DNA of 64,000 nt from Camelus ferus. Its lineage: Eukaryota. Shown here piece after piece: positions 1-12,420 of this stretch (the first letter of the stretch is position 1; each line of letters opens with the position of its first letter). The DNA lies in contig NC_045697.1 in assembly GCF_009834535.1 (NCBI RefSeq), positions 36,272,001 through 36,336,000 on the forward strand, given 5' to 3'. The notes under the pieces were generated by a model. That model was not told where the DNA came from, did not search any database, and saw only the letters and a list, made by a program, of their open reading frames with translations. Both the position numbers and the translations under genes were made by a program.

Positions 1-39
1 GGCATAGGCAAACGATCCACCCGAAATACAGGAAAAAGA

Positions 40-510
40 GTGGATTTTAAAGGAAAAGAATATAGAGAGCTCAATGACATGGTTTCTGATTCCACATTAC
101 AAATTACTTCTAAGAAATTACTACTTGCAGAGTGAAGATATGGTATCAAAAAAATACTATCTGCAAACATCTAAAAAGGCTATCAAATATTCCTTCCTTT
201 TCCAACTATGTATCTGCATGAGGCTGGATTTTCTTCAAATACTTCAACCAAAACAACACATGGCAACATACTGAATGAGGAGGCAAATACAAGAATCCAG
301 CTGTTTTCTTTTCAGTAAGACATTAGAGATTTGCAAAAAATATCAACCAATGCCATTCTCACTTACTTTTTTGCTTTGGAAACATAATTATTTTTCATAA
401 AATACATAATTTATGTTATCTTGTAATGGGTTTGTTGTTATTTTTAAAGGAATTGGTAAATACATACTTTAAGCTTTTCTCAGCTCTAACTTCTACTATA
501 GTAAATACTA
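40..510 (+). mobile_element. hAT-Charlie DNA transposon remnant (Charlie1-like, 3' part)
   Basis: Matches recalled Charlie1 consensus (ATGGTTTCTGATTCCACATT...GAGGCTGGATTTTCTTC...AGAATCCAGCTG...GATTTGCAAAA). Shares sequence with the copy at 43950-44170. Confidence 0.8.
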
Positions 511-662
511 ACATTTACCAGTTTAAGGATGTCACATCCTAAAGAGAAAGCTCATTATTTTCTACTTTCTCTTCCCCTTAGCATGGTTAAAATAAAGTGC
601 TGGTAAGATAACTTCCACTACATTCCTTGAGAGGAAGGCAAAGCAGCATGGGCTCCTTAAAT

Positions 663-826
663 CAGAGTTTCTCAAAATTTAATGTGCATGTGGATTACCT
701 GGGGCTCTTGTTAAGTGCAGATGCTAATTCACCAGGTTTGGAATAGGGCGTGAAGATTCTGCATTTCTAATAAGTTGTCATGTGATACCGGTGCTGCTGG
801 CCAGTGGCCCACGTTTTGAGTGGCAT
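663..826. mobile_element. MER5-like hAT MITE
   Basis: CAGAGTTTCTCAAA start, GATTCTGCATTTCTAATAAG core and TTTGAG end, typical of MER5A/B. Confidence 0.7.
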
Positions 827-934
827 CTGGACTGGATCACTCAACAATTTCTAGACTGCTGTGTGTATGGGAAATAAACTATCCAGTATGAATCACTGTA
901 TTGTGGATTGGTATCTCATCTTAATGTAAATACT

Positions 935-1700
935 AACATAACTCACAAATCTATATCTCCAGCCAAGTTTCTCTCCTTTGCTCCCTACCCATACAGTCAA
1001 TTGCCTGTCGGACTCCTCCACTTGTACATCTCATCTGCAAATTTAATTCAACTTATCTAAACTTCCAGCTGAACAAGACAGATAACTTGGACTCTGCTGC
1101 AGCTTATCCCTGTCCCTGTCGCATTAGATCAGCCACCAAGTCCTGTTATATATCCATCTCCTCTTCTCTTTTCCTTCCTCTACTGCCTAAGTTGCAATTA
1201 CTATTATCTCTAGTCACAATTTATCTCATTCTAAACCAAAAATCTGATGTCCTTAAAGTTATTTCATGGTTTCCACTGTCTTCAAGATAAAGCTTTTACA
1301 TGACACATGCCTATCTTTTACCTTCATGGTCTTAATTATCCATTTATCCTCATCCACCACAAGCCCTTTTCTTACCGGCTACATTTCAGCTTTGCTGAAC
1401 TATTTGCGTTTGCCTCTGTGCTTTTGCACGCTTACACCCCTGTCTAGAATGGATTTTCCCTCTTTTCCACCTGGTTTCATGAGTCAGCTAAAGCATTATC
1501 TCCCTCGATTTTCCCTGTGTGTTAAGCGTGCCTACTTTGTGACACCTGAGAAGCCTCTATTTCCTTATAACCCTGAATTTAAGTGTTTACTCATGTGGAG
1601 CTCCCTTCTAAGACAGAAACATCCATGATGGTGAGAACTACATCTGTGTCTGTGGAGCAAACGATTCCCTGGCACTGGGAAATGGTAAGTCCTCAGTGGA
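935..1700 (-). mobile_element. L2 LINE fragments (highly diverged)
   Basis: CTCACAAATCTATATCTCCAGCC...CTCCACTTG...AATTCAAC motifs characteristic of antisense L2. Confidence 0.55.
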
Positions 1701-1744
1701 AGTGAAAACAAACTTTCTCTCCCACTGAAAATGCCCATTAGAGA

Positions 1745-2110
1745 AAAACTATGGTAGAATCACACGATGGAATAGTACACAGCAATGAGAATGACCTATA
1801 ATTTCATACAACAACATTACAGATGAATCTCACAAATACAATGTTGAATGAAAGAATCCATATAAAAGAATGTATTTTACAATTCCATTTATGTAAAATA
1901 CAAAACCCAGGGAAAACTATCTTTATTTTTCAAGTTCCTACCCCTTGAAAGGAGGGAGTGACAGGGAGGCAGAAAAAGCAGGGCTTTCAGGGTTGCTGGT
2001 AATACTCTGTTTCTTGATCTGGGTGCTGATTACACAGATGTCTTCTGTTAGTAATTCATTGAGCTGTACTTTTCTAGAGTATTATATTTTACTTCAATAA
2101 AAACTTTTTA
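1745..2110 (+). mobile_element. L1ME-type 3' end
   Basis: GATGGAATAGTACACAGCAATGA...ATGAATCTCACAAA...TCTGTTTCTTGATCTGGGTG...ACTTCAATAAAAA. Confidence 0.7.
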
Positions 2111-4299
2111 AAATGCCATTATACCAGGCCACATTTCCTGTGTCCTGGGAAGAACAGAGCTATCTACTTAGAGTTCTTATTACAGATTAGCATTTACCCA
2201 AAGCAAGAGCAGGAACATTTAAGAAGCTTACAGGAGTTATCAAATTATCTAATTTGACTACACTTATCTTTGGCTACAGGTAAAGACTAAGGACTTAATT
2301 TCAGAGAAAGATGGAAAGAAAAATTTTTAAAGGCTGTTCATTTTAAAACACACATATGTTTTCAGGAGGTTAGAAATTTTTTTGGTAATGTTTTTTCCCT
2401 GTCTCTTGGGAAATGATGTTATGCTGTGCTTCAAACAGAACTGCCAAGTTTAAGAGGCCATTTTCTGTAAACAGGCCAGCTGGGCTGTAAGTTGCATGAA
2501 ATGAGGGACAAGCTACTTCTTCAGAGAGCAGAACAGAACACCACAGGGAGTTGGCGACTGTGCATCCAACAAAATCTCCAGCCATTTGTCTTTATCTGGC
2601 CACCTTTAATGATTTAAGAGCTCTCTCTGCCATGTTATCATCAATCAATTACAATGATTGAGCAGCATCTAAAACCCAGAGTTTTTAAAACTCAACTATC
2701 CATGACCTAAATTTCCTGCTGGTTCTGTTGGCCCCAGGTTAGGCCAGTTTGTCTGTCATCAAGGGATCCAATAAAAATAATAAAAACAGGTCAACGCTGG
2801 GCTTTCTGAAGGCTGTATAAAAATATTCACACTCCTCCAATCAGCGCCAACTCAACGTGTCCACTGTTTGCTTGAGCTCTTGGTAAATTCTGCTCTTAGT
2901 AACAGAATGTCTCATAGAATGTATACATTACCTAAAAACCAATCTTTTGTTTCTGGTTTGCTTGCTTGCTTTTTAATCTGGCTAAGCAACAATTTCTCAA
3001 CTCTTAGCAGGCAACTGAAATGATGTCATTTTGCTGACTCCAGCAAAGGAGTTACATTTTGACAAATCAGGGGATATATAAGAAAATGAAAATATAAATT
3101 TTAACTATCTTAATGGTGAATGTGATACTGCACTTCCAAGCATGTGACAGAATTTGAATTCCAGGATCCACAGAACAAAGCAAAGACTACCGAATGGGGA
3201 GGAAGGAGAAAAATGTGGTGGAGGCACCCGGAAAAGAGGCTGGCTTAAAGGTTGTCTGTGAAAACCAGGACAGTCATCTTAAGTACTATTTCAAAACCTT
3301 TTGTATCACTTGTAAGAAGTAAGGGTAAGAAGTAAGGAGTAAGAGGGAAAGGGTGCCACACTGTCCAAGGCCTTGAGCTCTCTAATGAAAGTGACCAGCA
3401 ACACGGAAATTCTATTCAGTAACAAAGCACCATTCCTCACATCTGGGACCTGCCTGCAGAAACCAGTGAGCTCGGTGGAGCTGGGACAGGCCCCAGAAGC
3501 ATCCTTGCCAGAATCTCAGCAGGCTGGGCCATCGTATTCAGAAGCAATCCTGGAACACTCGCTGCTGTAGAAAGAGGGAGCTTGGACAAACTCCAGAAGA
3601 CGCCTCGGTGCTGGACTGGGGACCCAGAGGCATAATCATGAAGGCAGCCAACTTGACCTGAGTGCTCTCCACAGTCCTTTCTCTGACTTTGCCCCTCCCT
3701 TGTCCCCACCAAGCACTCAGAACTCACTGGCTTCTTCCCAACACCAGTAACTGAACCATTCCTTCTCTGAGAAATGAGTGACTGGATGGCTGAACCCTTC
3801 CAAGAGAATTCTGCCTTTTACGAGAGGAAGAGACAGAATCTAAGAGGAAGTGAGATGACTCTTTATTAAGTTTCTGGTTCAGTGGTAGCTTGGCAGTAAT
3901 TTGTCATAGAAGGCTTTTCTAGAGTTTCTCAAATCACATTTTACAGAAATCAACTCAAGGATACTTAATATGTTTCCCTCCTCTTTTGCAAATGCACTAG
4001 TATAGATTCAGAAGGTAAACATCTCATTTCCTTACAGAGACAGTATGAAAGGGTATGAGTTAGGTCCCACTCTACCACTTAAAAGGCATTTAACATCTCT
4101 AAGCTTCAAAGTCTCGGTAAAAAGGAGGATAATATCATATGCCTCACCTCAGACTTTTAGTTCATAGTCAGACTTCTATGGAATATAAATGAGATGAGCA
4201 TTTTATAAACTCTAAAGCAGTCTGTACTTGCTTTATTACCACATTTATTACTATTTTATTACCTCCTGCATCAAAACCATGCTTCTGTTCAGAAAGAGG

Positions 4300-5404
4300 C
4301 CTAGTATACCAGATGTATTATGTGCTACCAAAGATTCAGCTGTCCATTGCCTTCCACCCCCTGGACTTGGCCACTTGTTGAGTGGAGTGCCTGGGCCATC
4401 GCTGCACTGCCTCATCTCTGCACTGCCAACTCTCTCGTGAGACAGGAGGGAAAGGAGATAGAGCACAATCCTTAAAAGAATGACATAGCCATTGAGGATA
4501 CGACATGAACTGGTTAGAACCAGCTAGGCCCAAGATGGCAGAATATTTGACTTTCAGTAGAACTTGAGCCTCATTACAGGCTCACTGTAATATATCAGCA
4601 TGCCAAATGACACACCCACAGGTACCAAGACAGTCCCAGGCTGACCATAAAAGGCCAAAACATTGGCAGGGTCCAATGCCTGGAAATCTCCACCCCCTTC
4701 TCCAAAACAGAATAACCCTCCTACTCATTAGCATATAAAATTACCCAGCACATAAAAACTAACCACCTCCACAATTCAGAGCTGCCTCTCTTGCCTTCTG
4801 AGATGGCCCACACTCTGTCTATGGAGTGTGTATCTCCCTGAATAAATCTACTTTCACTTAATTATGGATCACTCTTGAATTCTTTCCTGCATGAGAATAA
4901 AACCTACTCTCTGGCAATACTCAGACTTCCCGGAGGACAACCTGACACGGCTGTCTCAACCCCACCACAGTGGAGGTCACACAGCAGTGTGCCTACTTCC
5001 AACCTAACCAGTCCATGGAGGCTCTGGCTTCCCTCACAGCCACCGAGAGGACCCAGAAAACATCGCTTGAAAGAAAGGGCAGTTAACACTCTTGAAATAA
5101 ACTTTAAGACCAATGAAAGGCAAGGAGACTGGAAAGAAGTGACATAAATTCTTTACGCAGCTTCTCCCCTACAAACAATTTGCAGCAGCAATAGTGCTAC
5201 ACACAGCGACAACCAACTGTGTTTCTTTGGGAGGCAAAGGCCAGCACAGTAACATGCCCTCTTGTATCTGTTTTACTTCCTTCCCAGACTTATTTTCCTT
5301 TTTCCCTCACTCTTGCTGCTGTGGGATTCCATATCCTTCCCCCTTTTAAAGCATTATATACATTTTGCCTCAGACTCTGTTTCCTAGGAAAGCAAGGCAC
5401 AGAT
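4300..5404 (+). mobile_element. ERVL LTR16/LTR33-like solo LTR, split by a younger LTR at 4438-4919
   Basis: 3' end CTCAGACTCTGTTTCCTAGGAAAGCAAGGCACAGA resembles the LTR16-family terminus. The sequence continues on both sides of the nested LTR. Left boundary is approximate. Confidence 0.5.
4438..4919 (+). mobile_element. ERV1 MER41-like solo LTR
   Basis: Starts TGAGACAGGAGG and ends GGCAATA (TG...CA decayed to TA). 4-bp TSD CTCG (4434-4437)/CTCA (4920-4923). Contains CAAGATGGC, CTAAATGACAC-like, ATTAGCATATAA and CTATGGAGT motifs plus AATAAA at about 4840, as in MER41-family LTRs. Confidence 0.75.
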
Positions 5405-5955
5405 AACTAGAGAGGCCACAAAGATGAATTAAGCAATAGAAGGTTGATATTCCTTAACTGTTTGAGAGAGAGAGTGCGTGTGTGTTGTAGCTATGAGTGT
5501 GTACTTGTAAAATTTTTGGAATAGAAAGTCCTTGAGGTATTTATGTAATCAATGAAAAACAAACACTAACCAGTGTGATGAAAAAAATGATCTAATTTTT
5601 ATTTTGAGGTTGATGGAGTCTTAGTGCCTGGGAGCTTTAGAGTGCAGTGAAATCTACACTCCTTGCTCTGACCTGCACAGCCCTCCAAGATCAGGCCTGC
5701 CTCCCTCCCCACTTTTATCTAGTACCACTCCTCTCCCCATCCCACTCATCCCTCCCTTCCTGTAGTCTGCTCCGGCCACACTGGTCACCAGTCAGTTCCT
5801 CAGTTACTCCAGGCTGTCCCTGTATTGGAGCCTTTGCACTCCACTTGGAATGGTCATTCCTAGGTCTTCTCATGGTGGAAATTCATTGACTGCTGAGAAA
5901 GTTCTGTCTCATCATTCAGGTTTCAGCTTAGCTGTCCACTTCTCAGAGCTCTTTT

Positions 5956-6007
5956 ATTTATTTTTTCTTTTTTCTTTTTTTATGCGTGTCCTTTCTTTCT
6001 TTTCTTT

Positions 6008-6067
<60 letters not shown>

Positions 6068-6191
6068 TCGGGGAGGTCATTAGGTTTATTTATTTAATTT
6101 ATTTATTCTTAAGAGGAGATACTGGGGATTGAACCCAGGACCTCATGTATGCTAAGCATGTGCTCTGTCACTTGAGATATATCCTACCCAA
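5956..6191 (-). mobile_element. Camelid-type tRNA-derived SINE (Vic-1-like) with tail expanded into (TTTC)n
   Basis: Antisense tRNA-like A/B boxes (GGGGATTGAACCCAGGACCTCATGTATGCTAAGCATG). Exact 14-bp TSD CTCAGAGCTCTTTT at 5942-5955 and 6192-6205. Confidence 0.9.
5990..6069. repeat. (TTTC)n tetranucleotide microsatellite
   Basis: Directly visible; derived from the SINE tail. Confidence 0.95.
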
Positions 6192-6489
6192 CTCAGAGCT
6201 CTTTTCTGCTGTCTAAAGTAGTATGCCTTCTATCCCACTATTGGTCCTAATCACTTTTTAAGCCATAATATTATCTTCACAGCCTCTAGTACTACCTGAA
6301 ATTTTCTTAATCATTTAGTTGCAAAGGTTGTCAATAAGTAATTGTTGGATAAATGAATAAATTCCCTTACTTTGACCTTTCGGGAGTCAGATCTGCCCGT
6401 GACCATTTTGAGTAGAAAACTCAGTGTTGGACAAATTCTGCCAAGTACATGTTACCCAGGGAAATGACAATGATTCTTCTGGACCCTTG

Positions 6490-6770
6490 AAGTGTCGCTA
6501 ATCCAAATTGAGCTGTACTGTAAATGTAAAATATATGCCGTATTTTGAAGACTTAGTGTAAAAATTTATAAAAGGATGAATATATCTCATTGGTAATTTT
6601 TTATTATATCTTATCGAGATGATAACATTTTGGATATATTTGGTTAAATAAAATACATTGTTAACATTATTTCACCTCCTTCCTTTATCTTTTGATATAG
6701 CTATTAAAAATTTAAAATTAGATAAGTAGCTTACATGGTAGCTCACATTATATTTTTATTGGATAGTTCT
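6490..6770. mobile_element. MER33-like hAT MITE
   Basis: TTTTGAAGACTTAGT...TTTTGGATATATTTGGTTAAATAAAATA...GCTCACATTATATTT...TTGGA; followed by hAT-type target CTCTAGAG. Confidence 0.75.
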
Positions 6771-6984
6771 GCTCTAGAGTCCACTACTTTCACCAAACTT
6801 CCAACTTCAAAACTAGCACCAGGTATTCAATATTTATTGAGTTTAATATAGTATATATCTTCACATTTAATTTTAATCCTTAAAAGTGATATCTTATTAT
6901 CTTCATTTTACTGACAAGGAAACTAGGGTTTAAAGATGGAGTAAATTGCCCAGCAGAGAAAACCAAGTGCACAGAACACCCAGA

Positions 6985-7475
6985 CCACAGAATAATGAGT
7001 CCCAAAGATGTCCAGGTCCTAAACCCCAGAACCTATGGTTATGTTACCTTACTTAATAAAAGGATCTTGAGATGGGGAGATTATCCTGGATTACTCATAT
7101 AAGCCCAAAGTAATCACAACCTGGATTACTCATCTAAGCCCAAAGTAATCACAAGAGTTTGTATAAGAAGGCAAAAGGGTCAAAGTTAGAGAGAAATATA
7201 TGTGACAACAGAAGTAGAGGCTACAGTAATGCACCCTGAAGATGGAGAAAGGGGCCATGATCCAAGGAATGCAGGCAGCCTCTAGAAACTGGAAAAGGCA
7301 GGGAAATGTCTTCTTTCCTGGAGCCCTCAGAAACAATGCAGTTCTGCCCACATCTTGATTTTAGCTCTGCAAGACCCATTTCAACTTCTGGCATCCAGAA
7401 CCGCAAGATAATAAATTTGTGTTGTTTTAAGCCACTGTGTGCTAATTTGCTATAGCAGCAACAGGAAATTAATAG
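6985..7475 (+). mobile_element. MaLR solo LTR (MLT1D-like)
   Basis: CAGAATAATG...AAAGATGTCC...GCCTCTAGAAACTGGAAAAGGCA...TTTTAAGCCACT...CAGCAACAGGAAATTAATA. Confidence 0.85.
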
Positions 7476-7687
7476 AGAAGGCAATCATTAATGCAGAGTC
7501 AGGGATCTGGAATCTGCTGAGCATTCTGGATTGCAGCCATGGTTGAGGGATAGTAGTCAGGAAATAGCAATCATGATCCTAACTATGATTTTAGTATATG
7601 AATTCACCCCCAAGGCAAATGAGACATATCTAATTAGCCTATTCTAACAATAAAAAATAAAGCATATTTATGTAATTTTTTTATAAA

Positions 7688-9656
7688 AGACTTTTTTTAG
7701 AGCTGTTTTAGGTTTACAACAAAATTAAGAGGAAGGTACAGAGATTTCCCATATATCCCCTGCCATGACACATGCATAGTTTTCCCCATTATCAACATCA
7801 CTAACCAGAGTGGTACTTTTTTTCTTAACCAAGAGTGAACCTACACTGACACATCATAATTGCACAAAGTATACAGATTACCTCAGGGTTCACTCTTGGT
7901 GTTGTACGTTCTGTGGGTTTGGATAAACATGTAATGACTTTTACCCATCCCTATAATATCATCCAGAGTATTTTCACTGCCCTAAAAATCCTCCCTGTCC
8001 TGACTATTCATCTCTCCCCCCACTCTTTACCTCTATCAACAACTCATCTTTTTATTGTCTCCATAGTTTTGCCTTTCACACAATGTCATAAAATTGGAAT
8101 CACACAGTTTGTAACATTTTCAGACCAGCTTCTTTCACATAGTAATATGCATGTAAGTTTTCCCTGTGTCTTTTCATGGTTTGATAGCTATTATTTTTAG
8201 CACTATTTATTATCATTATTTTTTTAACATTTTTTATTGATTTATAATCATTTTACAATGTTGTGTCAAATTCCAGTGTTCAGCCCAGTTTTTCAGTTAT
8301 TCATGGACATATACACACTCATTGTCACATTTTTTTCTCTGTGAGTTATCATAACATTTTGTGTATATTTCCCTGTGCTATACAGTGTAGTCTATTCTAC
8401 AATTTTGAAATCCCAGTCTATCCCTTCCCACCCTCCACCCCCCTGGTAACCACAAGTCTGTATTCTCTGTCTGTGAGTCTATTTCTGTCCTTTATTTATG
8501 CTTTGTTTTTGTTTGTTTGTTTGTTTTTGTATCATTATTATTACTATGATTTAGCACAGATTATTTATCCACTCACCTGAAGGACATCTTGGTCATTTCC
8601 AAGTTTTGAGTGAAAGCTACTATAAACACTCATGTGCAAGCTTTTGTATGGACAAAAGTTTTCAACTCCTTTGGGTAAATACCTAGGAGCCTGATTGCTG
8701 AATGGCATGACAAAAGTAGGTTTAGAAAGTGCTAAACAGTCTTTCAAAGTAGCTGTACCATTTTGCATTCCTACCAGCAACGAACGAGAATTTTTGTTGT
8801 TCCACATCCTTGGTGTTGTCAGTGTTCTAGATTTTGGCTATTCTAATAGGTGTGTAGTGCTATCTCATCATTGTTTTAATTTACATTTCCCTGATGACAT
8901 CTGATGTGGAGTATCTTTTCATATGCTTATTAAGTAAGCATCTGAATACCTTCTTTGGTGAGGTGTCAGGGTCTTCGCTCCATTTTTTAATTAGGTTTTT
9001 GTTTTTGTATTATTGAATTTTAAGAGTTCTTATAAATTTTGGATAACAGCCCTTTATCAGATGTGCCTTTGGCAAATATTTTCTCCCAGTCTGTGGCCTG
9101 CCTTTTAATTCTCTTGGTATTGTCTTTCACCTAACAGAAGTTTTTAATTTTAATAAAATCCAGCTTATCAATTATTTCCTCCATAGATTGTGTCTTTGAC
9201 ATTGTATCTAAGAAGTCATCATCATACCCAAGGTCATCTAGGTTTTCTCCTATTTTATCTTCTAGGAGTTTTATTGTTTTGCACTTTACATTTAGGCCTA
9301 TGATCTATTTTGTGTTAATTTTTGTGGAGGTATATGTTCTGGGTCTAGATTCATTTTTTGGCATGTGGATGTTCAGTTGTTCCAGCAGCGTTTTTTGAAA
9401 AGACTGTCTTTGCCACTGACTCTTTATCAAAGGTCAATTAACTATATTTATGTGTATCTGTTTCTGAGCTCTATGTTCTGTTCCATTGATCTATTTGTCT
9501 ATTCTTTCACCAATACAACCCTATATCTTGATTAGTGTAGATTTAAAGTAAGACTTGAAGTCAAGTAGCATCAGTCCTTCAACTTTGTTTTTCTCCTTCA
9601 ATATTGTGTTGGCTATTCTGGGTCTTCTGTCTCTCCATGTAAATTTTTGAATCAGT
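7688..9656 (-). mobile_element. Old L1 (L1MC/MD-type) 3' UTR and ORF2 end
   Basis: Antisense L1 3' end (TTTTTTAGAGCTGTTTTAGGTTTACA...) continuing into degenerate ORF2. ORF-track fragments such as 8565..8807 are L1-like. Many stops. Confidence 0.9.
8221..8529 (-). mobile_element. Young camelid-type L1 3' end (5'-truncated) nested in the older L1
   Basis: T-rich tail, then TTTATTGATTTATAATCATTTTACAATGTTGTGTC. 10-bp TSD TATCATTATT at 8211-8220 and 8530-8539. Confidence 0.85.
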
Positions 9657-9657
9657 T

Positions 9658-9888
9658 CTATAAACATTGGGGTATATGTATCTTTTCAATTTGGAGTTTT
9701 CTCCAGATATATGCCCTGGAGAAATATATAGCACAGGGAACTATATTCACTCTCTTGTAGTAACCTACAATGGAAAAGAATATGAAAATCAATATATGTA
9801 TATTGCATTATTGCTAAAGCATTATGCTGTACACCAGAAACTGACACAACATTTTAAACTGACTATACTTCCATTAAAAAAAAAAAAA
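9658..9888 (+). mobile_element. 5'-inverted (twin-primed) young L1 fragment
   Basis: 9658-9721 is antisense ORF2 end (compare 26790-26860). 9725-9875 is sense 3' UTR (compare 47420-47565). Poly(A) at 9876-9888. Confidence 0.75.
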
Positions 9889-9889
9889 G

Positions 9890-10615
9890 AAAGAATAGCT
9901 ATGAGGGGGACTATGCCTAGTCAGATAGTAAAACATACCACAAAGCCTTTAAAATTAAAATAATGTGGTACTCACATATTAATAAACAGATGAATGTAAC
10001 AGAATAAGCAGTCCAGAAACAGACCCAACTACATGTACAATATGTAAATGTGGCATCTCAAATCACTAGACAAAGAGAGTCTTTAATAATAAAGAGTATT
10101 GGGGCAACAGGATAGCTGTTTGGAAAAATAAAATTGGACACATTCCTCACACCATACATAAGAATAAACTCCAAAAATATAAGAGATCTAATTGTAAAAA
10201 ATAAAACTATACAAATACTGAAAGAAAACACATGAATTTCTTTCTGGTTTAGTGTGGGAAAAGATTTTTGAACTATGACTCAAGTCAAAGGCAGATAAAC
10301 TTGACAAATCTAACTACATAAAAATTTTAAATTTGCATGACAAAAAGCACTACAAGCAAAGTCAAAAGACATGACAAGCTGGAATATATGTTCACAATAT
10401 ATATCACAGACTAGGTATTAATATCCCTAATTACTGTAGAACTTTTAAAAATTAAAGAAAAAGTGAACAAAAATCCTACAGAAAAATGGCCCAAAGACAT
10501 GAATGGACAATTCACAAAAAAGATATAAACATGATCCTTAACCATATTAAAAGATGTTCAGTTTCACTCACAATATGATAAATGCAAATTAAAACTTCAC
10601 TGAGATACATTTATT
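9890..10615 (+). mobile_element. Old L1 ORF2 fragment
   Basis: CCAGAAACAGACCCA...AAATGGCCCAAAGACATGAATGGACAATTCACA...AAATGCAAATTAAAAC; degenerate. Confidence 0.8.
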
Positions 10616-10619
10616 GTGC

Positions 10620-10985
10620 AAATATGGTCAAGTCCCTAGAGGTAAATATTGTAACACAGTGGGGGCTGCCCTACGACTGGGTTTCCCTGGAGTTTTTAAC
10701 TCTCAGAGTTAGTTCTTCACACTGAGTCTCCAGCAGCTTGTCAGTTACAGTCTGGGTCTCCCTCCTTGGCACTGGTCCTTGTGGCAGTTTCCACTGTGAG
10801 CCTCTGCTCTGAGAAGCTACAACTCCCTGCATTTGTCTGTGTGTCTCTTCAATCTTAGGGGCAGCAGTTCACCCTTCCTTCTCTTGCGATACAAGGAGAG
10901 CTGCTGATTTTATTTAGTCTGTTTAGCTTTTTGTTTGTCAGGCTGGAGTGGCAACTTCTAAGTTGTGGAACTAGAAATTGGCAGT
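10620..10985 (-). mobile_element. L1MC/MD 5' end fragment
   Basis: CCCTGGAGTTTTTAACTCTCAG...GGGGCAGCAG...GCTGATTTT...GAGTGGCAACTTC resembles an antisense L1MCa/MDa 5' UTR. Confidence 0.6.
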
Positions 10986-11315
10986 CTGTTTATGTGATTT
11001 TTATTATCATGATCAAAGAGTTGTATCATTTAAAAAAGCCCACATGATATTCTAAGGGAATGCTTTGAAATGCTGAGCAACTCATTCTTTGGGGATACCC
11101 AATTAATATTGCTACCTTTGTGCCACAGGTGGCCACATGGAAAAGCAGAAAAACAGAGATGTTTAGTCAGACAGACATGGTTACAAATCCCTGTTTTGCC
11201 AAATGCCAAGTAAGTGACCTTGGACAAGCTACATTGACATCCAAGTGCTACAACAGCACATCTAGAAACTAAGACCTACTTGAAGAATTATTTTAAAGAT
11301 AAATATAAAGTACAT

Positions 11316-11435
11316 ATATGAGATGGTGGATGTTAACTAAGTGTGGTAATCATTTCAAAATATGTGTAAGTCAAGTCACTATGCTGTACGCCTTAAACTT
11401 ACACAGTGTTGTATCTCAATTATATCTCAATACAA
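11316..11435 (+). mobile_element. Short L1 3' end
   Basis: TGTTAACTAA...GTAATCATTTC...TACGCCTTAAACTTACACAGTG...CAATTATATCTCAAT. Confidence 0.7.
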
Positions 11436-11524
11436 TTGGGGGGAACAATATAAATACAATATATATACAAAGCCAATGCTCAGCAAGGGAAATGTATTAT
11501 TATTATTATTGCTATCAGTCGGTC

Positions 11525-11880
11525 TCAAGGCCTTGACCCTTGCTGTCTCTTCATGGAACACCTCCCCCTAGATATCTATGTGGCTGCCCCCTCACCTCCT
11601 CAGGTCCTACTTAAACGCCTCTTGTCAGTGAGCAACCTGGCAAACTGCGACAGTCCTCACCTAATCCAGATTTACTCCATCTCCCTTCTCTGCTGTACAT
11701 TTCGCTACAGAATTTTCACCATCTACTTACTACATGTTTTGTTTACTTACTTTGCTTGTCTGTCTCACCTTACTAAAATACTCAGTTACTGTCTGTATTG
11801 TTCACTGCTATATCCCCAGTGTCTAAAACGCATATGACACACAGTAGGAACTCAGTGTTTGTTGAATGAATGGATGACTA
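11525..11880 (-). mobile_element. L2 3' fragment
   Basis: GTTCACTGCTATATCCCCAGTG...CACAGTAGG...TTGTTGAATGAATGGA. Confidence 0.7.
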
Positions 11881-11994
11881 AATAAATAAAGTCTCTGAAA
11901 TGATGACCCTAAACGCAATATGATTTTCTTCAAGTCATCTTTTCTCAGATGCGCTTTTCCTACTGTGGTCAAAACAAACAAACAAAAAAAAAAA

Positions 11995-12420
11995 ACCCAT
12001 ATAGCATAAAACTTGCCATTGTTAAGTGTACAGTTCAGAGGCACTAAGTACATTTTGCATTACTGTGCATCCATCACCATCATCCATCTCTAGAACTTTT
12101 TCGTCTTCTCAAACTGAAAACCTATGCCCATTAAACAATAACTCCCAATGCCCCCTCCCCCAGGCTCCAGAAACCACAACCCTACTTTCCGTCTCTAGGA
12201 GTTTGTCTACTTTATATACCTCATATAAGTAAAATCACAAAGTACGTACCCTTTTGTGTTTGTCTTATATTTCACTTAACATGATGTCTTCAATGCTCAT
12301 GCTAAAGAATATTCCATTGTGTGTATATACATTTTTTAATCTATTTATCTGTCTATTGACATTTGTGTTGTTTTCACCTTTTGGCTATTGTGAATAATGC
12401 TGTTATGAACATTGGTGTAT
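11995..12420 (-). mobile_element. L1MB-type 3' end
   Basis: AAGTGTACAGTTCAG...CTAGAACTTTT...CCCATTAAACAATAACTCCC...GCTATTGTGAATAATGCTG. Confidence 0.85.

Larger units (their letters stand above)
5640..6360 (-). mobile_element. L2 fragment hosting a SINE insertion
   Basis: GCCTTTGCACT...TGGAATG and terminal TTGTTGGATAAATGAATAAA L2 signatures. Confidence 0.6.

Noticed and set aside
6120..6190. tRNA-like A/B boxes here and at 17.6-17.9 kb and 63.96 kb
   Set aside because: SINE heads with tails and TSDs; no complete cloverleaf, so not tRNA genes.
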